Made by a program: the position numbers and the translations under genes. Source: an uncultured Candidatus Bathyarchaeia archaeon (lineage in GTDB: Archaea; Thermoproteota; Bathyarchaeia; Bathyarchaeales; Bathyarchaeaceae). Taken from it: a DNA stretch of 54,602 bases. The DNA is taken from contig CAYFXU010000001.1 of NCBI GenBank assembly GCA_964347145.1, forward strand, positions 1-54,602. The letters run 5' to 3'. Position 1 is the stretch's first letter, and every line of letters starts with the position of its first letter. Below the pieces are notes generated by a model, which saw only the letters and a program-made list of their open reading frames with translations, was not told where the DNA came from and searched no databases. Shown here one piece after another: positions 44,686 to 53,523 of this stretch.

Positions 44686-44916
44686 AGCTTACACTCCTAG
44701 AAATGTCAGGTAAGTATCCGTCTCAAATATAAAGTCTTTACAAGTGTCTCTCCTGTTGGCCTACCGCGTTCGCGCGGAAAGGAGATTTGTGAGAATGGTG
44801 AAGGAAGGGTCAAAGAGTTGAGATCCCTCTTTGGAAGCCCGTCCCAGTCACGACGGTGCTTCAGGAACTATGGGTAAAGATAAAATTTGTAACAGCGCTT
44901 CATATGTCTAGGAGAG

Positions 44917-46113
44917 ATGACAGATATGGTTTCGAAAGGTAAAGGTTTTTCAACAAGAGCCGTTCACGCCGGGGAGAAGCGGGATCCCTCTACCGGGGCT
45001 GTTGTCACGCCCATCTATGAGACTTCCGTATTTGCTTTTTCCGCTACCAAAGAACTGATAGATGTTATGAGCGAGAAAACGGAAGGGTACACATACACGA
45101 GATACGGTAATCCCACCGTTAGAGCTGTTGAAAGGAAGATGGCGGAGCTTGAAGGCGCAGAAGATGTAGCGGTCTTTTCGTCGGGTATGGCATCTATAAC
45201 CACCACCATTTTTACTTTGGTTTCTTCTGGGGACCACGTTGTTTCCACCAGAGACCTATATGGAGGAACTCTGACATTTTTCAAAGAGGTTTTACCGAAG
45301 TTTGGTGTAGAAGTGAGCTTAGTGGAGGCTACGGACTTCGACGAAATTAACTCAGCAATTCGAAAGAATACGAGGGTTATTTACGCTGAAACGCCCACGA
45401 ACCCTACTTTGAAGCTTGTAGACGTTTCGAGAATTGCAGAACTTGGAAGGAAGAAGGGATTAACTGTTGTGGTGGACAGCACCTTCGCTTCCCCATACAA
45501 TCTAAAGCCCATACAGCTGGGTGTCGACATTGTCGTTCACAGTGCGACAAAATATTTGGGGGGGCATAACGACGTTACCGCGGGAGTGGTGGGCGGCCCC
45601 GAAAGTTTTGTTCAGAAACTGAAGGAGATGCGCAGACATTTTGGGGGAACACTTGATCCGCTCGCTGCCTGGTTGTTGTTGCGGGGGTTGAAGACGCTTG
45701 GTTTGCGAATGGAAAGGCATAACTTCAACGGTATGCTGGTAGCGAAATATCTTGAGGCGCATCCTAAAGTGAAGAGGGTGTATTATCCAGGTCTACCAAG
45801 CCATCCTCAGCATTCGATTGCTCAGCGGCAGATGAAGGGTTTCGGTGGAGTTGTGAGCTTTGAGATCGATGGAGACTTTGAAGCCACAATGAAGTTCGTG
45901 GATAACCTTAAGCTGTGTTTCATAGCCGCCAGTCTAGGAGGAGCCGAAACCTTAGCCACCCAACCTGTCACCTGTTCTCACTATTTTGTTAGTGCGGAGG
46001 ATCGGAAGAAGGCGGGGATAAAGGATCAACTGGTGCGGTTGGCCGTGGGAATAGAAGACTCAGAAGACATCATTGCTGACTTAGAACAAGCCTTTGATTC
46101 AATTGCCACCTAA
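44917..46113 (+). CDS. Cys/Met-metabolism PLP enzyme (cystathionine gamma-synthase / methionine gamma-lyase family)
   Basis: PLP-Lys context HSATKYLGGHNDVTAG; N-terminal TRAVHAG; 398 aa. Confidence 0.9.
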   Translation: MTDMVSKGKGFSTRAVHAGEKRDPSTGAVVTPIYETSVFAFSATKELIDVMSEKTEGYTYTRYGNPTVRAVERKMAELEGAEDVAVFSSGMASITTTIFTLVSSGDHVVSTRDLYGGTLTFFKEVLPKFGVEVSLVEATDFDEINSAIRKNTRVIYAETPTNPTLKLVDVSRIAELGRKKGLTVVVDSTFASPYNLKPIQLGVDIVVHSATKYLGGHNDVTAGVVGGPESFVQKLKEMRRHFGGTLDPLAAWLLLRGLKTLGLRMERHNFNGMLVAKYLEAHPKVKRVYYPGLPSHPQHSIAQRQMKGFGGVVSFEIDGDFEATMKFVDNLKLCFIAASLGGAETLATQPVTCSHYFVSAEDRKKAGIKDQLVRLAVGIEDSEDIIADLEQAFDSIAT

Positions 46114-46167
46114 CTTCTAGATCCAAGTGTCCCCTTCCCTGGCGCCTTCTCCTTCAAACAAAACCAT

Positions 46168-46671
46168 CTAGTACACTGTGATGCTTCGGGTTCCAGGCAG
46201 TTTCCTTATCTCACTGATTAATTCTGGAGGGATTTCTCCCTCGATGATTAGAGTTAGTCTAGGATTTGCACTTAGGCTGGGATCTTCTGCCAGAGCCTGC
46301 CTTATACTCAGTCCTCTCTCTGACACTTTCTTCGTGACATTGGCTATGATGCCTGTTTGGCGAGCGTCTTCGGGAACAAAAACGATTACTCCAAGGTTAA
46401 ACTCGCGAGCTACTTCCTGCAGAGAGCACACTTGTCTAAGATTCATGTAGATTCTTTTCAGTTCAGGTTTCGAAAGGATCGTTTGAACGGCGCTGTCGAC
46501 GGCTCTGCGTTCCACTCCAACCTCCTTCGCAATTTGGGTGTGAGGCATCTCTATTTCGCCGCTTACGACTTTGCCGTCTTCTCTAATTTGGAAGCCTCTT
46601 TCGAAGAGAAGTTTTGCAACCTTTAGTTGTGCTGGTAAGTCTTTGAAGTATCTTTCAATTTGACTCCACAT
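46168..46671 (-). CDS. ACT-domain regulator of amino-acid metabolism (COG2150-like)
   Basis: 167 aa. N-terminal HTH-like region (IAKEVGVERRAVDSAV) and C-terminal ACT-like fold (VIVFVPEDARQTGIIANVTKKVSERGLSI). Divergent from trpB2. Confidence 0.65.
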   Translation of the reverse strand: MWSQIERYFKDLPAQLKVAKLLFERGFQIREDGKVVSGEIEMPHTQIAKEVGVERRAVDSAVQTILSKPELKRIYMNLRQVCSLQEVAREFNLGVIVFVPEDARQTGIIANVTKKVSERGLSIRQALAEDPSLSANPRLTLIIEGEIPPELISEIRKLPGTRSITVY

Positions 46672-46767
46672 GCCTGCCCCTCAAGGTAGAGGATTGTTCG
46701 ACAAAGCTTATATATGTGCTTTAAGGTATAAATGTTACCGTTAAGACAGAAAACGAAGTGAAGCCAC

Positions 46768-48159
46768 ATGGCATCCAAAAAAATAATGCTGGACGAGGAA
46801 GAAATTCCCAAGCAATGGTACTGCATCTTGCCAGATCTTCCAAAACCGTTGCCGCCCATGATACACCCAGAAACAAAAGAACCCGTAAAACTCCCCCCTC
46901 CCTTGTTTCCCAGCGAGTGCCTGAAACAAGAGTACAGCGATGAACGCTGGATAGACATACCCGAAGAAGTGCGGGAAGTATACCGATTGTGGAGACCAAC
47001 ACCGCTCTACAGAGCAAACAATCTTGAGAAAACGTTGATGACGCCCGCAAAAATCTACTACAAATACGAAGGCGTAAGTCCTCCTGGAAGCCACAAGCCA
47101 AATACCGCTGTTGCCCAAGCCTACTACGCAAAGAAGGATGGCATGGCAAGGCTGGCGACGGAAACTGGAGCGGGACAGTGGGGCTCTGCGCTGGCCTTCG
47201 GTTGCCTGCTTTTTGGACTAAAATCTACAGTCTACATGGTTAAGGCGAGCTATCACCAAAAACCTTACAGAAGAGTTATGATGGAAACCTGGGGAGCAGA
47301 AGTCCATGCAAGCCCAACAGACAGAACAAAAAGCGGCAAGGCCATATTGGAAGCAGATCCGAAGAGTCCAGGAAGCCTCGGAATAGCCATCAGCGAGGCT
47401 GTGGAAGACGCACTTACTCATGAAGAGGCTAAATATTCTATTGGAAGCGTTGTCAACCACGTTCTTCTACACCAAACCGTCATCGGCCAAGAAGCTCAGA
47501 GACAATTGGAACTCGTGGATGATTATCCAGATTTGATTGTAGGGTGCATAGGTGGAGGAAGCAGCTTTTCAGGATTGTACTGGCCCTTCTACCACGACAA
47601 GGTTTCAGGTAAAACTCCGAAGGAAGCAGAATTCATGGCTGTGGAATCAACGGCTTGCCCAAAAGTCACAAGGGGCTACTACACATATGACCACGGAGAC
47701 ACCGCCCGAATAATTCCATTGGTCAAGATGCATACGCTTGGTCACATGTTTGTACCTCCACCCATCCATGCCGGTGGCCTACGCTATCACGGGATGGCCC
47801 CAACCCTATGTCTACTGAACAAAGAAGGAATCGTGAAGACAAGGGCGTACAATCAGATTCAAACCTTCGAAGCAGCAACATTGTTCGCCAAAACTGAAGG
47901 CATTTTACCAGCCCCTGAACCTGCTCACGCTATAAAGGCCGTGGTGGACGAGGCTATTAAATGCAAGGAAACAGGCGAGGAGAAAACAATCTTGTTCTTG
48001 CTGTGCGGACACGGTCACTTTGATATGCAAGCCTACGACGACTACAATAGTGGCAAGCTACCTCCATATGAGTATCCTAAAGAAAAAGTGGATGAATCCA
48101 TGAGAAAGCTTAAGAAGCTCTATCCTTGGCTGGACGGCGAACTCAGGAATTTCGAATGA
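46768..48159 (+). CDS. trpB: TrpB2-type tryptophan synthase beta-like PLP enzyme
   Basis: [11 protein letters not shown]...[25 protein letters not shown]; GGGSSFSG. The 463-aa length is typical of TrpB2. Confidence 0.9.
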   Translation: MASKKIMLDEEEIPKQWYCILPDLPKPLPPMIHPETKEPVKLPPPLFPSECLKQEYSDERWIDIPEEVREVYRLWRPTPLYRANNLEKTLMTPAKIYYKYEGVSPPGSHKPNTAVAQAYYAKKDGMARLATETGAGQWGSALAFGCLLFGLKSTVYMVKASYHQKPYRRVMMETWGAEVHASPTDRTKSGKAILEADPKSPGSLGIAISEAVEDALTHEEAKYSIGSVVNHVLLHQTVIGQEAQRQLELVDDYPDLIVGCIGGGSSFSGLYWPFYHDKVSGKTPKEAEFMAVESTACPKVTRGYYTYDHGDTARIIPLVKMHTLGHMFVPPPIHAGGLRYHGMAPTLCLLNKEGIVKTRAYNQIQTFEAATLFAKTEGILPAPEPAHAIKAVVDEAIKCKETGEEKTILFLLCGHGHFDMQAYDDYNSGKLPPYEYPKEKVDESMRKLKKLYPWLDGELRNFE

Positions 48160-48235
48160 CGTAGCACGGTGAGCCCCAAACTTCCTATACTGTTTTTCAA
48201 AAAATAAGTAAAGAGAAAGGGAAGATAATACCCAG

Positions 48236-49069
48236 CTATTTCCCTTTCCACTTAGGCGGCCTTCTCTCCATGAAGGACATTATGCCCTCTTGGAAATCCT
48301 CTGTTTGGACGAGGGCGGCCACCGCTTCCTGCTCAAGTTCCAGTCCTGATTTAAGGTCGGCATCTATTCCTTTGTTCATTACTTTCTTGATACGCTTAAT
48401 TGCCAAGGGAGCCTTGCTTGCGATTTTCTTGGCGAACTGCATTGTGGTCTCTTCCAGCTTATCCATCGGCACAACAACATCTGCCAGACCTATCAGTTCT
48501 GCTTCCCTCGCACTTATCCTGTCGCCGGTAAAGATTATCCTCTTTGCTTGGCTCAGGCCTACTCGTCTGGGCAGCCGTTGCGTTCCTCCCCAACCCGGAA
48601 GAAAGCCCCTGTCTATTTCTGGTTGCCCAAACTCGGAATTTTCTGAAGCGAATATGAGGTCGCATACCATTGCCAGTTCGTTACCGCCGCCGAGGGCGTA
48701 ACCGTTCACCATGGCAATTACAGGTTTCTCGAAATCTTGGATATACTCCATTATGTCCACCGATGGACCTGCTCCTGGACCTCCGGCAGTAGCTTCGGTC
48801 AAATCCCAGCCTACAGAGAAGCTGTATTTTATCTCCTTTTTTCCTTCTTTTTCTTTGATTCTAGGTGCCCCTGTTATTACGACGGCCCCTATTCTGTCGT
48901 CTTTCCGTATGTTTTCAAATGCATTGTACAAGTCAATCCTCAAGGCGGTGTTTATGGCGTTCAATCGGTTCGGGCGATTAAGAGTAATCTTGGCGACATT
49001 CTCTATTTTCTCGAGATTTAGGTTTTCAAAACTCAGATTTATCACCTCTTTTCTGTTACATCCAGCCAT
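48236..49069 (-). CDS. Enoyl-CoA hydratase/isomerase (crotonase) family
   Basis: Crotonase fold motifs: AVVITGA..., AMVNGYALGGGNELAMVCD, PEIDRGFLPGWGGTQRLPR. Confidence 0.9.
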   Translation of the reverse strand: MAGCNRKEVINLSFENLNLEKIENVAKITLNRPNRLNAINTALRIDLYNAFENIRKDDRIGAVVITGAPRIKEKEGKKEIKYSFSVGWDLTEATAGGPGAGPSVDIMEYIQDFEKPVIAMVNGYALGGGNELAMVCDLIFASENSEFGQPEIDRGFLPGWGGTQRLPRRVGLSQAKRIIFTGDRISAREAELIGLADVVVPMDKLEETTMQFAKKIASKAPLAIKRIKKVMNKGIDADLKSGLELEQEAVAALVQTEDFQEGIMSFMERRPPKWKGK

Positions 49070-49103
49070 GGATGCAGCTTCTTAAACTTTCTCATGAATC
49101 CAA

Positions 49104-49904
49104 CTATTTTCCTTCGAATTTCGGGGTTCTTTTCTCGAACATGGCGGAGACGCCTTCTATTATGTCTTCGGACTTTGCGCAGGCTAGACCGCCTTCGGTC
49201 ATCATTTTGTTTCCTTCTCTCATGGTGATCTCGAAGGCTTTGGCCATTATTCTTTTCGCCAGCCTAACTGCTATGGGAGCCTTGGTGGCTAGTGTTCCAG
49301 CCGTCCACATTGCCGTCGACCTCAACTCGTCTGGAGGAACCACCTTGTTGACAAGTCCTATCCTGTAGGCCTCCTTGGCGTCGATCCTTTGAGCCGTCAG
49401 AATCATTTCGGCTGCGTAAGCTCTTCCAACGACCCTTGGAAGTCTAACAACGCCACCCCAAGCTGATATTAGGCCGATGTTTGTTTCTGTGAGTGCAAAA
49501 CGACCGTCTTCACCGGCGATTCGTATGTCGCATGCCAGAGCAAGCTCCAATCCCCCGGCTAGACAGTACCCATGAATGGCCGCTACAACGGGCTTGTCAA
49601 ACTCCTCGATCTTGTCGAAGACCTTTTGCCCAAACTCGATTCTTTCCTTCATGACCGCTTCGTCACCGGTGGGCCCCGAGAGGTCGGCTCCGCTGCTGAA
49701 AGCTCTGCCAGCCCCCATGATTACAACCGCCCTGATCTTGTTGTCTTTCCTTATCTCCTCGAGTACGCTGTTGAGTTCCTGCAAGATTTCCAGGTTTAAG
49801 GCGTTTAAAACGTCGGGTCTGTTCAACGTGATGACTGCTATGTTCTCTTCTTCTGGAGTTGCGAAGCTGGCTTCCTTAGTGTAGGTTATAAACTTATATC
49901 CCAC
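49104..49904 (-). CDS. Enoyl-CoA hydratase/isomerase (crotonase) family
   Basis: AVVIMGAGRAFSSGADL, AAIHGYCLAGGLELALACD, TETNIGLISAWGGVVRLPR. Confidence 0.9.
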   Translation of the reverse strand: MGYKFITYTKEASFATPEEENIAVITLNRPDVLNALNLEILQELNSVLEEIRKDNKIRAVVIMGAGRAFSSGADLSGPTGDEAVMKERIEFGQKVFDKIEEFDKPVVAAIHGYCLAGGLELALACDIRIAGEDGRFALTETNIGLISAWGGVVRLPRVVGRAYAAEMILTAQRIDAKEAYRIGLVNKVVPPDELRSTAMWTAGTLATKAPIAVRLAKRIMAKAFEITMREGNKMMTEGGLACAKSEDIIEGVSAMFEKRTPKFEGK

Positions 49905-49931
49905 GATAGTTTCACCTCCTTTTGGCTATTT

Positions 49932-50798
49932 CTAGTATTCATAAAATCCTTTTCTGGTTTTCAGGCCAAGTCGACCCTCCTTAACCATCTTTTCCAGCAT
50001 TTTGGAGGGTTGGAAACGCTTCCTAATGTATTCTGCATCCATTTCCGCAACAGTGGATTTACTTGAGTGGTAGACAACATCCAATCCCACGAAGTCGGCG
50101 AGTTTCAGTGGTCCCATAGGCCAATTAAGACCTGAAACCACAGCCTTGTCAATATCCTCAGCTGAAGCTATTCCTTCCTCAAAGAGGTAGATTGCTTCGC
50201 CCATGGCTGCGCCAAGTATTCTGTTAACAATAAACCCACGAATGTCCTTCTTCACCTGCACCGGTTCCTTGTCTAAGGAGATCGCAAAGTCTGTGACGGT
50301 TTTCGTGTTTTCTTCAGCTGTCTTTTCCCCCCAAATCACCTCTACGAGTTTCATGGTGTAGGCTGGGTTGAAGAAATGTAAGCCCAAAACCTTTTCGGGT
50401 CGTTTGGTCGCTTCTCCCATCTCGGTTATGCTCAACGTTGATGTGTTTGAAGCTAATATGGTGCGAGGCGGAGAAGCTTCGTCCAATTCCTTGAACACTC
50501 TTTTCTTCAAGTCCAAGTCTTCGAAGACTGCTTCAATGACGAGGTCTACGTCTTTCACAGCTTCAGCGATGTCCGTAGTGCTTTTGATTCTCTTCATGGT
50601 TTCCTCAGCTTGCTTGGGAGTCATCTTTCCTCTGTCCACACCGGTTGCTACGAGGGTTCTAATTTTTTCCATTCCGCGTTTGATCAAGTCTTCATTCATG
50701 TCCCTTATGGAAACTTCGTAGCCCTTGGTTGCGCAGAGGTAAGCTATGCCTGTCCCCATGGCGCCGGCGCCGATGACGGCTACCTTTTTTATTTCCAT
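49932..50798 (-). CDS. 3-Hydroxyacyl-CoA (3-hydroxybutyryl-CoA) dehydrogenase
   Basis: VAVIGAGAMGTGIA Rossmann motif; SNTSTLSITE; HFFNPAYTMKLVEV; 288 aa. Confidence 0.9.
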   Translation of the reverse strand: MEIKKVAVIGAGAMGTGIAYLCATKGYEVSIRDMNEDLIKRGMEKIRTLVATGVDRGKMTPKQAEETMKRIKSTTDIAEAVKDVDLVIEAVFEDLDLKKRVFKELDEASPPRTILASNTSTLSITEMGEATKRPEKVLGLHFFNPAYTMKLVEVIWGEKTAEENTKTVTDFAISLDKEPVQVKKDIRGFIVNRILGAAMGEAIYLFEEGIASAEDIDKAVVSGLNWPMGPLKLADFVGLDVVYHSSKSTVAEMDAEYIRKRFQPSKMLEKMVKEGRLGLKTRKGFYEY

Positions 50799-50804
50799 TA
50801 CCTT

Positions 50805-51167
50805 TCAAGCCTCCAGAAAAACAGTAGTAATGAGCTTACCTAGTATAAATCCTTCGTGTCCGGCTCCCATCAGAAGAATGTCCCAGCTTTTCATGGCTTC
50901 CCCTACGCTTCTTTTGCCGGTGAACACGTCTGAAAGGACTTGCGAGGAACCTCTGAAGGTGAGATCTGGACTGGGATATTCTCCATCATAGACCTTCATC
51001 CTTTGATCCGTGACCACCAAATAGAATCGCTCCGTCTCCGTTTCGAGCTGAATGATCTTGCCAAGGTAGGGTCCAGTCCATTCTTTCATAATCTTTTTTC
51101 CCTCCTTGCTGCTATTGGCCTTCTTCGCGATCTCTTCGAAAATATTCTTTGGGCTCGTTTCGCTCAT
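50805..51167 (-). CDS. SCP2 sterol/lipid-carrier domain protein
   Basis: 120 aa. The pattern ...LTFRGSSQVLSDVFTGKRSVGEAMKSWDILLMG is typical of the SCP2 fold. Confidence 0.7.
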   Translation of the reverse strand: MSETSPKNIFEEIAKKANSSKEGKKIMKEWTGPYLGKIIQLETETERFYLVVTDQRMKVYDGEYPSPDLTFRGSSQVLSDVFTGKRSVGEAMKSWDILLMGAGHEGFILGKLITTVFLEA

Positions 51168-51445
51168 TTGGATTCAACTCGTTCGATCCAACTCTTCAAG
51201 GCTACTAGAGCGGCCTTTTCAACGTTGGATGCTGAAATGTCGCCGAACTTCTTTGTCACAGCGTCCAAAAATTTTTGATAGAGATCGTTGTCCAACATCA
51301 GGTATACTCTGCCTTTTCTGTTCTGTACCAGAGACTGGGCGAAGTATTTGGCAATCTTGAAGGATTCGTGTTCTATGTCCTCTAGACTTAGCGTAGGAAA
51401 GCCGAGCCATTCTCCGCTTGGAGCCTTTCTGACTTTTGCTGACAT
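51164..51445 (-). CDS. Hypothetical protein
   Basis: 93-aa ORF in the operon, with a 4-nt overlap with the SCP2 gene. Confidence 0.5.
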   Translation of the reverse strand: MSAKVRKAPSGEWLGFPTLSLEDIEHESFKIAKYFAQSLVQNRKGRVYLMLDNDLYQKFLDAVTKKFGDISASNVEKAALVALKSWIERVESK

Positions 51446-51451
51446 GTCATT

Positions 51452-51709
51452 TCACCTTGACTTGACTCCAATTTTCGTCAAGTCTTCTCCTTTCAGTTTG
51501 GCAATTCCGGTGAAGAAGGGCCACTGGACCACAAACCTTAGACCTCCCTCTTCTTTCCATCTTCCGACGTAGATGCGTCCGCCTTCTACTTTGGCAAACT
51601 CGGAAAGAATGATTTCGCACGTCTTTTCTAAGGGAAGGTTGCAGTCGCTGGCTATTTCACTCAATTTTTCGTTGACCTCAGTTTTCAATTCTATGTTCAT
51701 CTCTATCAT
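51452..51709 (-). CDS. Hypothetical protein
   Basis: Start set to ATG 51709, which forms an ATGA overlap with the nitroreductase stop. The track start 51748 would overlap by 43 nt. Confidence 0.5.
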   Translation of the reverse strand: MIEMNIELKTEVNEKLSEIASDCNLPLEKTCEIILSEFAKVEGGRIYVGRWKEEGGLRFVVQWPFFTGIAKLKGEDLTKIGVKSR

Positions 51710-52395
51710 CTCTTTCTGAAGGCCAATCTTGTGTAAGGGTTTCCCCATCTTTCACTGTACATCACCCCTTCGAGGGGGAACCTTGAAGGTCCCAGCATTC
51801 TTTTCTCTTTTGGGACTCCGATGCATATGGTTCCTATAGGGATCCAGCTTCTTGGGATCCCAAGTCTCTCGCAGAGCAATTCTGAATGTCTTGGGTCTGT
51901 GGTGGCGAGTGCCGTCCAACCAACGCCGTATCCCATTGAATGGGCGACAAGCCACATCTGGAGCATACCCATTGATACGCATACAGAACCCATGAGGTGA
52001 AGTGGGTATGATTGATAAGCGTCTGTAAAGGTTTCAGAGGCGCAGCCGATTATGAGGGTGTCAGCATCCTTTGGATAGGTGAATAGGCTACCGTCTCGCA
52101 GGTCTTCGAATTCTCTCGGTCTTATGTTGTCAGGAAGATACCAGATTCTACCCTGCGTCATCTCGTATGGTTGTGCGCCGAAAACTCCGCGGGCTGCTTC
52201 TCTACAGATTTCTGCAATGAAGTCCTTCGTTCCTTGGTCGTCTCTAATAACCACATATCGCCACATCTGCAAGTTTTCAGGCGACGGTGCATACCTTGCT
52301 GCGTCTAGGATCTTTTCTATGTCCTCGTCTGGAATCCGTTCGCCAGTAAATTCTCTGATGCTTCTTCTGGTTTTTATTGCGTCTAATAACTCCAT
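51706..52395 (-). CDS. Nitroreductase-family flavoprotein
   Basis: N-terminal AIKTRRSIREFTGERIPDEDIEKILDAARYAPSPENLQMWRYVVI. Confidence 0.85.
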   Translation of the reverse strand: MELLDAIKTRRSIREFTGERIPDEDIEKILDAARYAPSPENLQMWRYVVIRDDQGTKDFIAEICREAARGVFGAQPYEMTQGRIWYLPDNIRPREFEDLRDGSLFTYPKDADTLIIGCASETFTDAYQSYPLHLMGSVCVSMGMLQMWLVAHSMGYGVGWTALATTDPRHSELLCERLGIPRSWIPIGTICIGVPKEKRMLGPSRFPLEGVMYSERWGNPYTRLAFRKR

Positions 52396-52507
52396 ATCGT
52401 ATCACCGTGCTTGTTTAAAGGTTGTCAGCGCTTCTTAATAAGCAGTGAAGAAAAAGGCAGAGAAAAAAAGGACAAATTTTTTAGGTTTTGTGTCCAAATA
52501 TTAGGTA

Positions 52508-53410
52508 GTGAATGAATTGGACGATCTCGATGTTTCCATTCTGAAGATGTTGACAAACAACAGTCGAATGTCAGATCACAGCATAGCCAAAAAGCTTCAT
52601 GTTACCACGAACACGGTGAAGAACAGAGTAAGAAACCTAAAGGATGAAGGGGTGCTGCTGGGATTCGAAACCCACTTAAGCGCGGCTTTTTTCAACGCCA
52701 CCCACTGCTGGCTAGGCGCACAGCTATACGGCAATGAACCAGAAGAAGAGGTTGTTCGGGAACTAGGCAAGATCGACAAAGTGAGCTTCATCATGCCCAC
52801 CACAGAAAAGTTGATGCTAATAGCCATGGACTTTTTCAACTCGACCGATCTGGACAACACGATACAACAAATGAGCAGGATAAAAGAGATCACAGGAATC
52901 AACACACTTATCTACTCGTCACAGCATTTCCATAAGAAAATCGATGTTTCACCACTAGACTGGAAGATTATCAGATCCATCAGGTTCAACAGCAGAAAAA
53001 GCCCGAGCGAAATTGCCAAGGAATGCGGGGTATCAACGAGAACGGTCAACAGAAGACTGAGAAGATTTCACGATGGTGGAGTCATCCGTCACACAATAGC
53101 TTTTGACCCAATGGCGTCCAAGGGCACGATAGTCTACGGAATCAGTGCGGAGTATGACGTGAGATTTCCGCGAGAAAAGATTGTGGGATCAATCATCAAT
53201 AGCGTAAAGAGTCTTTTCAACCATTTCGTCATTGTCAACTCACCGACTCTGTTGCTCATATTTTTTGGAAAAAGGTTCAGCGACATCCACGACAACGAAA
53301 ACTCCATAAAAGCTGTGGATGGAGTCAGGTCGCTAAAGACATATTTTTGCACAAAAGTCTACTATTTCATGGACTGGAGAGACGAACTGATTGCGAAAAA
53401 CACAGAGTGA
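52508..53410 (+). CDS. Transcription regulator with two Lrp/AsnC-type wHTH domains
   Basis: LDDLDVSILKMLTNNSRMSDHSIAKKLHVTTNTVKNRVRNLKDEGVL and LDWKIIRSIRFNSRKSPSEIAKECGVSTRTVNRRLRRFHDGGVI. Confidence 0.75.
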   Translation: MNELDDLDVSILKMLTNNSRMSDHSIAKKLHVTTNTVKNRVRNLKDEGVLLGFETHLSAAFFNATHCWLGAQLYGNEPEEEVVRELGKIDKVSFIMPTTEKLMLIAMDFFNSTDLDNTIQQMSRIKEITGINTLIYSSQHFHKKIDVSPLDWKIIRSIRFNSRKSPSEIAKECGVSTRTVNRRLRRFHDGGVIRHTIAFDPMASKGTIVYGISAEYDVRFPREKIVGSIINSVKSLFNHFVIVNSPTLLLIFFGKRFSDIHDNENSIKAVDGVRSLKTYFCTKVYYFMDWRDELIAKNTE

Positions 53411-53523
53411 CTCTACATTTTTTCTAGGCTTCAGTGGAGGACAAAAAATTCATAGTCTCGTAGCTTCCCAATAGGCTCCTAGAGTGATATGGAACCCTAT
53501 GGTTGAAATCTGCGCGTGAAAAA

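Noticed and set aside
46623-47149. Cluster of minus-strand ORFs (46623..46958, 46721..47149, 46741..47118) opposite the trpB2 5' region
   Set aside because: The TrpB2 frame is strongly supported. These ORFs mutually overlap and are Cys/Arg/Leu-rich.
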